A DNA stretch of 46,064 nt from an uncultured Gammaproteobacteria bacterium (GTDB taxonomy: Bacteria; Patescibacteriota; Microgenomatia; Levybacterales; UBA12049). The translations under genes and the position numbers were made by a program. The notes below the pieces were generated by a model. That model did no database searches and had not been told where the DNA came from. It saw only the letters and a list, made by a program, of their open reading frames with translations. The stretch spans positions 1-46,064 of the forward strand of contig CAYWEJ010000004.1 of NCBI GenBank assembly GCA_964457465.1, written 5' to 3'. Each line of letters opens with the position of its first letter. Positions within the stretch are counted from its first letter, which is position 1. Positions 39,783 to 46,064 of the stretch are shown here, in pieces.

Positions 39783-39812
39783 AGTATAAAGATTTTCTTT
39801 TGTTCTTGTCAA
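39783..39812 (-). promoter_or_regulatory. Near-consensus promoter for the leader RNA
   Basis: TTGACA (39812-07)-18 nt-TATACT (39788-83). Confidence 0.75.
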
Positions 39813-39834
39813 GGCTAACTTTTCAGTGTATGAT
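39806..39834 (+). promoter_or_regulatory. aspS promoter
   Basis: TTGTCA-17 nt-TATGAT, 11 nt before ATG 39846; its -35 overlaps the divergent -35. Confidence 0.6.
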
Positions 39835-39845
39835 ATGGATCAGTT

Positions 39846-41252
39846 ATGGCGACAAAAATTGATCGAACACTTATTGCTGATACGGCTAATAAATCAGGAG
39901 AAAAAGTCACTATCGAAGGATGGGTTGATACAAAGAGAGATCATGGAAAATTGACCTTTATAGATCTTCGAGACAGAACAGGAAAAGTGCAGTGTGTTGG
40001 ATTTCAGAAAATGGGAGAATTGAGCGTTGAGTCAGTAGTAAGAATTAACGGTCTTGTTAAAGATCGTCCTCAGAATATGGTCAATGATCAGATCTCTACA
40101 GGAAAAATTGAAGTTGATGTCGATTCCTATGATGTTCTTAACAAAGCAGCTGAATTACCACTGCCTCTTGATACGGATGGTCATGAGATCAATGAGGATG
40201 TTCGTTTGAAATACAGATACATCGATCTTCGAAGAGAAAGAATGCAAAAAAATATTCGCTTAAGAAGTCGATACATGCAGGCTTTGAGAAAAGCTCTTCT
40301 TAATAAAGATTTTACTGAAGTTGAAACCCCAATTTTAACAAAAGCTACCATGGAAGGAGCTCGTGACTTTATGGTTCCATCACGTTTTCAGCCAGGAAAA
40401 TTTTATGCACTACCTCAGAGCCCTCAGCAATATAAGCAGCTATTAATGACTGGTGGGATTGAGAGATATTTTCAATTTGCACACTGTCTTCGAGACGAAG
40501 ACCTAAGAGCTGATCGTGGTTTTGATCATACACAGATTGACTTAGAAATGAGTTTTGTTGATAGAGATACTGTTATGGAGACAGTTGAGTCAGTCATCAA
40601 AGAAGCTGTAGCTGAAGTAGGTGGAAAATTAAGAGATAAAGATTTCCCTGTGTTTAGTTATCAAGAAGCAATGGAAAAATATGGAGCAGATAAGTTCGAT
40701 TTAAGAACCGAAGAAGAAAAAGAGCAAGGAGTTTTGGCATTTGCTTGGGTTGTCAATTTTCCTTTTTTCAAAAAAGTTGATAAAAAAGATGCTGCTGAAG
40801 TAAGAGATGGAAAAAGTGGATGGACATTTACTCATAACCCATTTAGCATGCCTCTTCCAGAGCACCTCGAGTGGTTATTGCATGGTGAGAATATCGATCA
40901 AATTATGACTACTCAATATGACTTGGTCTGTAATGGTCTTGAAGCAGGAGGCGGAAGCATAAGGGCGCATAGGCCTGAGATACTTAAGGCAACATATAAA
41001 GTAATGGGATACTCTGATGAGGAGATTCAAAAAAGTGTCGGTCATATGCTTGAAGCATTTGGCTATGGTACGCCACCTCATGGAGGGATAGGTATGGGTC
41101 TTGATAGGCAGGTTGCTCTGCTTGCAGGAGAAAAATCTATAAAAGAGGTTATGGCTTTTCCTATGACATCAACAGGAAGAACAGCAGTTATGGATGCTCC
41201 AGCAGCAGTATCAGATGAGCAGTTAAAGGAATTGGGCCTTAAAACTTTATAA
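39846..41252 (+). CDS. aspS: Aspartyl-tRNA synthetase, compact bacterial type, probably non-discriminating
   Basis: RDHGKLTFIDLRD, LPQSPQQYKQLLM, RDEDLRADR, YDLVCNG-x-E, PPHGG-x-G-x-GLDR; 468 aa. Confidence 0.93.
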   Translation: MATKIDRTLIADTANKSGEKVTIEGWVDTKRDHGKLTFIDLRDRTGKVQCVGFQKMGELSVESVVRINGLVKDRPQNMVNDQISTGKIEVDVDSYDVLNKAAELPLPLDTDGHEINEDVRLKYRYIDLRRERMQKNIRLRSRYMQALRKALLNKDFTEVETPILTKATMEGARDFMVPSRFQPGKFYALPQSPQQYKQLLMTGGIERYFQFAHCLRDEDLRADRGFDHTQIDLEMSFVDRDTVMETVESVIKEAVAEVGGKLRDKDFPVFSYQEAMEKYGADKFDLRTEEEKEQGVLAFAWVVNFPFFKKVDKKDAAEVRDGKSGWTFTHNPFSMPLPEHLEWLLHGENIDQIMTTQYDLVCNGLEAGGGSIRAHRPEILKATYKVMGYSDEEIQKSVGHMLEAFGYGTPPHGGIGMGLDRQVALLAGEKSIKEVMAFPMTSTGRTAVMDAPAAVSDEQLKELGLKTL

Positions 41253-41303
41253 GATATTATCCTCTGTCGTTTTGTATTTACTCTCTACTATAATTAATAC
41301 ACC

Positions 41304-42287
41304 ATGGCCAAACACAAGAAAAAGATTGTAAAAAGACATATCACTTTGCATAAAAAAATTAATGCCTTCCTTCATAGATATGAAAGTGGGTTACATCTTC
41401 TCCTGATCCCACTTATTTTGTTAGTCATATCAGGAATACTACTACTTATTGTTTCTGATGTTAAGTCTAAAGCTCAAAGACAAAGAATTGCTCAGCAGTC
41501 CATTGAAATTAAACCATTACCATATCTATTTTTTACCAAGCCTATTACTCCAATACTTACAGCTGAAGCAGCAGTAATAATCGATCGTGATGCAAAAACT
41601 GTTTTGTATGAAAAAAATTCTCATCTGAGGTTTTCGATGGCATCAACAACCAAAATTACAACGGCACTTGTTGCATTAGACCACTTTCAGCCAGACGATA
41701 TTTTGATTACAAAAAGATCTCATGTTGAGGGGGTAAGTGTAGGTATCGAAATAGGTGACAAGCTCTATTTTAGAGATGCACTTTATGCGATGCTTTTGCC
41801 TTCAGGGAATGATATAGCGATGCTAATAGCAGATAATTATCCAGGAGGAGAAAGAGCTTTTGTTCGCGCTATGAATGAAAAGGTTAAAAAACTTCACCTA
41901 CTCAACACTCATTTTGCAGATGCATCTGGACTTGATGATGATGGGAATTATACTACTGCCTCAGAACTTGCACAGCTCTCTGCTTACGCAACTAAAAATA
42001 AAACTCTAGCAGAGGTTGTCGCAACAAAAAGTAAAATTATTTCAACTGTTGACGGAAGCAAAATATTTTCCCTCACAAATCTTAATAGATTATTGGGTTA
42101 TGAAGGCGTAATTGGATTGAAAACTGGCCATACAGAAGGAGCTGGAGATGTCCTCATAACGTCAGTTGTTTCTGGTGGCCACACGTTCATCACAGTTGTT
42201 ATGAGAAGTCAGGACAGGTTTTTTGATACAGAAATTTTGTTATCGTATTTAACATCAGGAGTCGCGTCATTTGTTCCTAAGCTTTAG
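41304..42287 (+). CDS. D-alanyl-D-alanine carboxypeptidase (peptidase S11)
   Basis: SxxK (MASTTK), SxN (PSGND) and KTG motifs; N-terminal TM; TATAAT 9 nt upstream. Confidence 0.88.
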   Translation: MAKHKKKIVKRHITLHKKINAFLHRYESGLHLLLIPLILLVISGILLLIVSDVKSKAQRQRIAQQSIEIKPLPYLFFTKPITPILTAEAAVIIDRDAKTVLYEKNSHLRFSMASTTKITTALVALDHFQPDDILITKRSHVEGVSVGIEIGDKLYFRDALYAMLLPSGNDIAMLIADNYPGGERAFVRAMNEKVKKLHLLNTHFADASGLDDDGNYTTASELAQLSAYATKNKTLAEVVATKSKIISTVDGSKIFSLTNLNRLLGYEGVIGLKTGHTEGAGDVLITSVVSGGHTFITVVMRSQDRFFDTEILLSYLTSGVASFVPKL

Positions 42288-42288
42288 A

Positions 42289-43329
42289 TTATTGTATGAT
42301 CCAGATAGGGTCAACTGCGGAGACATAAGCGAAAAATCCATCCTTTCCCTCAAACACATATACCGGTAAAATGTAGTCCTGCTTTTCTTCCCCAACGAAA
42401 TATCCTAGGTACACCGATTTAATAACGATGTCAGGGTTGGTGCCAAAATAGCTTCCAACATATGCTTTTTTTTCTTTTAACATTTGGTATGCTTTTTGAG
42501 GTGAGATGAGAGGGTACGTTGTCGTCTCATCGCTTGCGCTCTGGTGAACAAATAAACCTTCAACGATTTCATCACTTTCTTTTCCTCCGATCAAAAAGTG
42601 CATGGTGCTCTGTGGTGGGTGAGGGTAAACAATAGGAATTTTGTTGAGGTCTTTTTGCCTGAAGTCTATTCTTGCTAATTGCGCTGTTGATACGCTTGTT
42701 GCTGCAAAAAGTGACGATCCTTGTATGGAAAGTAGTTGCGTTGATATTTTGTTGACATCAAGATCAAGTGGATATAGACCAAACGATGTTAAGAAATCAA
42801 CTGCTGTCTCAATAACTTTATTTTCGTCTAATACATTTGTAGGTGAAAAATCTTCGTATGAAAAATAATTTGATTGAATTGAGAAATCACGAGACACAAT
42901 ATTGATATTTAGTTTTTTATCAGGTCGTAAAGTATCAAGAAATGAGTACTGAGTAGATGTTATAGGTATGTCTCCAGAGTTGAATGAAGTCTGAGCTGTC
43001 GCATCTCTAACCTGTTTGAGGTCAAGAAGATTTGGAGCTTTTTGTGCTGTTTTATAGACTGTTGCTCTATCAGAAAAAGATCCAAGTCCACCAGTTACAG
43101 TGTCAATTTGGTATGAAAACTTTTTCTGATCAATACTTTCAGGAAAAAGAATTGGTGGTAATTTCCCAAAGGCTACTTGTGGTGCTGGTGCTGGTTTTGG
43201 GAAGAGTTTGGTAAATAAAAATATTCCTCCTCTGATGAGTATGATGATGAGAAGAATGCCGGCAACTCCTAGGCCTCCCCATTTTGCAATATTTTTAGTA
43301 AGTTCTGTCGAATCATGAAGCGTGGGCAT
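42289..43329 (-). CDS. Hypothetical single-pass membrane protein
   Basis: N-terminal TM then a large extracytoplasmic domain ending PVYVFEG...YVSAVDP. Start moved to ATG 43329 because the longer ORF overlaps gltX and a -10 box sits 6 nt upstream. Confidence 0.75.
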   Translation of the reverse strand: MPTLHDSTELTKNIAKWGGLGVAGILLIIILIRGGIFLFTKLFPKPAPAPQVAFGKLPPILFPESIDQKKFSYQIDTVTGGLGSFSDRATVYKTAQKAPNLLDLKQVRDATAQTSFNSGDIPITSTQYSFLDTLRPDKKLNINIVSRDFSIQSNYFSYEDFSPTNVLDENKVIETAVDFLTSFGLYPLDLDVNKISTQLLSIQGSSLFAATSVSTAQLARIDFRQKDLNKIPIVYPHPPQSTMHFLIGGKESDEIVEGLFVHQSASDETTTYPLISPQKAYQMLKEKKAYVGSYFGTNPDIVIKSVYLGYFVGEEKQDYILPVYVFEGKDGFFAYVSAVDPIWIIQ

Positions 43330-43332
43330 ACC

Positions 43333-43365
43333 TTGAGTATAGGTAATTCTGGATGTATAATGCAA
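43333..43365. promoter_or_regulatory. Interleaved divergent promoters (gltX and the 43329 gene)
   Basis: Plus: TTGAGT 43333-38, 17 nt, TATAAT 43356-61. Minus: TTGCAT 43365-60, 18 nt, TATACT 43341-36, 6 nt before ATG 43329. Confidence 0.6.
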
Positions 43366-43381
43366 GAAAGTTGAAAAAAAT

Positions 43382-44773
43382 ATGAATACAAAAAATATTA
43401 GAACTCGCATCGCTCCATCGCCAACAGGTGAAGACATTCATATAGGTAATTTATATACGGCGCTCATTAATTTCACTTTTGCAAAAAAAAATAATGGGCA
43501 ATTTATCGTCAGAATCGAAGATACAGATAGAATAAGATATCAAGAAGGTGCCGAAAAAAGAATACTCTCATCAGTCAAAGCGTTTGGATTAGTCTATGAT
43601 GAGGGTCCAGATATTGGTGGAAAATTTGAACCCTATCGTCAGTCTGAAAGACTTAATCTTTACAAAAAATACGCTGAAGAGCTAATCGATAAAAATTATG
43701 CATACTATTGTTTCTGTACAAAAGAAAGACTAGATCAGCTACGTGCAAGGCAAGTAGAAATGAAACAGACTCCTAGATATGATAAGTTTTGTTTAGAAAA
43801 CAAAACTGATGCAAAAGATAGGATAGAAAAAGGCGAGTCTTACGTCATAAGGCTCAATGTTCCTAGGAATCAGAAAGTTTTATTTAAGGATTTGATACGA
43901 GGAGATATCGAGTTTAGCACAGACGAAATAGACGATCAGGTGCTCCTGAAGTCAGATGGTTTCCCTACATATCATCTTGGAGTTGTCGTTGATGACCATA
44001 TTATGGAAATTTCCCATGTTATAAGGGCAGAGGAGTGGATTTCCTCAACGCCAAAACATGTTCTCCTTTATCAATTTTTTGGATGGGAATTACCTGTGTT
44101 TGCTCATCTTCCAATTCTTCGAAATCCTGATAAATCAAAATTATCAAAAAGAAAAAATCCTGTGTGGGCATCGTGGTATATTCAGGAAGGGTATCTGCCA
44201 GAAGCAGTACTCAATTACTTAGCTCTCATGGGGTGGAGCCATCCAGAACAAAAAGAAATCTTCTCTCTTGATGAATTTATATCTGTTTTTCAACTTGAGG
44301 ATATTCATCCTGTGGGCCCTGCTTTTGATAGCAATAAATTGCGCTGGATGAATCAGCAATATATTCAAAATCTTAGTGATGAAGATTTATATCAGAAGAT
44401 AGTTTCGTTTTATCATCAAAAATCATTTGACAAAGAATTGCTTATGAAAATTATTCCGCTTCTCAAGACAAGGATGGAAACACTTAAGGATTTTGAAGAT
44501 TTAGCAGTATTTATTTTTGAAACCCCTGAAATTTCATTGAACAATAGTGAAAAGGAGATTGCCAAAACACTCGTAGAAAAGCTTAGTGATATAGCATGGA
44601 ATGAAGAAGAGATCCTTTTTCAGCTTAAGAGTGTTCTTCAGGACTACCATATTAAAATGCCAGTGCTTTACAAAGTTTTTACTGGAAAAGAAAAAGGATT
44701 GCCGTTGCCTCAATCCCTCGCGAGTCTTCCAAAGGAAGAAATAACCCAGCGATTGAAGAATCTTTCGTCATAG
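43382..44773 (+). CDS. gltX: Glutamate--tRNA ligase
   Basis: RTRIAPSPTG...HIGN, RIEDTD, YRQSER, PTYH, HVIRAEEW, KLSKR. Confidence 0.95.
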   Translation: MNTKNIRTRIAPSPTGEDIHIGNLYTALINFTFAKKNNGQFIVRIEDTDRIRYQEGAEKRILSSVKAFGLVYDEGPDIGGKFEPYRQSERLNLYKKYAEELIDKNYAYYCFCTKERLDQLRARQVEMKQTPRYDKFCLENKTDAKDRIEKGESYVIRLNVPRNQKVLFKDLIRGDIEFSTDEIDDQVLLKSDGFPTYHLGVVVDDHIMEISHVIRAEEWISSTPKHVLLYQFFGWELPVFAHLPILRNPDKSKLSKRKNPVWASWYIQEGYLPEAVLNYLALMGWSHPEQKEIFSLDEFISVFQLEDIHPVGPAFDSNKLRWMNQQYIQNLSDEDLYQKIVSFYHQKSFDKELLMKIIPLLKTRMETLKDFEDLAVFIFETPEISLNNSEKEIAKTLVEKLSDIAWNEEEILFQLKSVLQDYHIKMPVLYKVFTGKEKGLPLPQSLASLPKEEITQRLKNLSS

Positions 44774-44792
44774 ACAGCTTCTTGAATGCATG

Positions 44793-44798
44793 TACAAT
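44793..44798 (+). promoter_or_regulatory. -10 element for the DUF2079-like gene
   Basis: TACAAT, 6 nt before ATG 44805. Confidence 0.55.
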
Positions 44799-44804
44799 GA
44801 TACT

Positions 44805-46064
44805 ATGACTTTTAAAAAGGTCCGAGCAATCTTTACACCAGACCACTTCGCGATTCTCTTAACATTTCTTTTTAGTTTAGCTGGAAGTCTTATTTCTCTT
44901 CATCAATTTTGGCAATTTAATGTGTTTTTTTACGATTTTGGTATTTTCGATGGAGCGATTTGGAAAGCTGCTCATTTTGAAGCACCTATTATTGAACATT
45001 TTATTCATGGTGGTCAGTGGATACTTGGTGATCATTTTAATCCAACTATTTTTCTATTATCTCCTCTTTATTGGATCACTGATAAAAGCGAAATTATTCT
45101 TATTGCACAAGCATGTCTATTCGGTGCTTCAGGGTTTGTCTTATATCAAATAGGAAAGATAGTAACAAAAAGTGGGTGGTACTCACTTCTTGTATTATCA
45201 TGCTTTTTTCTTTATGTTGGAGTGCAAAATGCTGTGATTACTGATTTTCATGAAGTATCATTAACTGTCATATTTTTTCTCTTAACTTTTTATGCATTTC
45301 TGACAAAGAGAAAAATATGGTTTTGGTTTTTCTTTTTTTTATTCCTCGGTACAAAAGAAAGTAATTTTATTTTGGGAGGGGCACTTGGTCTGACGCTATT
45401 TTTTCTTGACAAAAAATCATATAAAAAAAGTTTTGTAGCGATATTAGCTGCATTAGTCTATGGACTTTTTGTAACAAAATTAGCAATTCCGTTTTTTTCT
45501 CAAAGTACTTACAGCTATGGAGTTCCAGTCTCTTTTAATCCTATGGATTACATTGGATCTTTTTTTAATAATCCACAAAAAATTCACACATTATTTTATA
45601 GCTTTGCAAGTTTTGGATTTTTACCACTTCTGAGTCCTGTGTTTTATCTCTTACTTTTTATCGAGTTTTTGTCGAGATTTTATCCACCATTCTTGACTAT
45701 CAGTTGGTCAATGACATTTCATTATAGTGGAGTTACTGCAGCTATTCTTGGGATGTCATCACTCTATGCCTATTTCTTTTTAAAAAAAATGATAAAATTA
45801 AAAAAAGTTTTTGTTATTCTCAGTGTTGGTATTTTTCTTAATGCTGTTTTTCTCTATAGATTTGTCCTTCATGGACCTTTTGGCCTTTTTTATAACACCG
45901 CTTTTTATGCGCACTCAAAAAATTTTGGATTTTTAGACAAGCCTATTACTCTTATTCCTTCTGATGCAAGTGTTGCAACACATAACAATCTTGCTGTCAG
46001 ATTTACTCATCAAAAAATCCATTTGTTAAGAAGTGGAGAAATACCAGATACAGATTATGTCATT
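44805..46064 (+). CDS. DUF2079-like membrane protein (GT-C type), runs off the window end; not in the ORF track
   Basis: MTFKKVR...YDFGIFDGAIW...GDHFNP...PLYW...DFHE...TKES; no stop seen in my manual reading to the window end. Confidence 0.82.
   Translation, partial: MTFKKVRAIFTPDHFAILLTFLFSLAGSLISLHQFWQFNVFFYDFGIFDGAIWKAAHFEAPIIEHFIHGGQWILGDHFNPTIFLLSPLYWITDKSEIILIAQACLFGASGFVLYQIGKIVTKSGWYSLLVLSCFFLYVGVQNAVITDFHEVSLTVIFFLLTFYAFLTKRKIWFWFFFFLFLGTKESNFILGGALGLTLFFLDKKSYKKSFVAILAALVYGLFVTKLAIPFFSQSTYSYGVPVSFNPMDYIGSFFNNPQKIHTLFYSFASFGFLPLLSPVFYLLLFIEFLSRFYPPFLTISWSMTFHYSGVTAAILGMSSLYAYFFLKKMIKLKKVFVILSVGIFLNAVFLYRFVLHGPFGLFYNTAFYAHSKNFGFLDKPITLIPSDASVATHNNLAVRFTHQKIHLLRSGEIPDTDYVI

Overview
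The window is AT-rich, gene-dense DNA read in standard code 11 (TGA works as a stop in ATGA overlaps). Gene content suggests a Patescibacteria/CPR bacterium, probably Microgenomates (inference). It holds mostly housekeeping and envelope genes: a divergent sigma-70 paralog, base-excision and nucleotide house-cleaning genes, D-lactate dehydrogenase, transketolase, an NRAMP transporter, prfB, ftsEX plus a C39-like hydrolase, tsaE/tsaC/tsaB, a 10-gene nucleotide-sugar and glycosyltransferase cluster, secDF, cca, recJ, aspS and gltX. I found no tRNA, rRNA, CRISPR array or mobile element. The strongest novel signal is at 39449-39812 (minus strand), divergent from aspS. A near-consensus promoter is followed by a leaderless 16-codon leader peptide ORF, mutually exclusive 1:2, 2:3 and 3:4 RNA helices and an intrinsic terminator. 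The terminator also hides the Shine-Dalgarno site of an orphan 69-aa ORF, which is the layout of a ribosome-mediated attenuator. A second leaderless uORF feeds an unannotated DUF5679-like zinc-ribbon gene at 30330-30569. At least 14 first-in-operon genes have a -10 box only 6-9 nt before the ATG, pointing to widespread leaderless translation.
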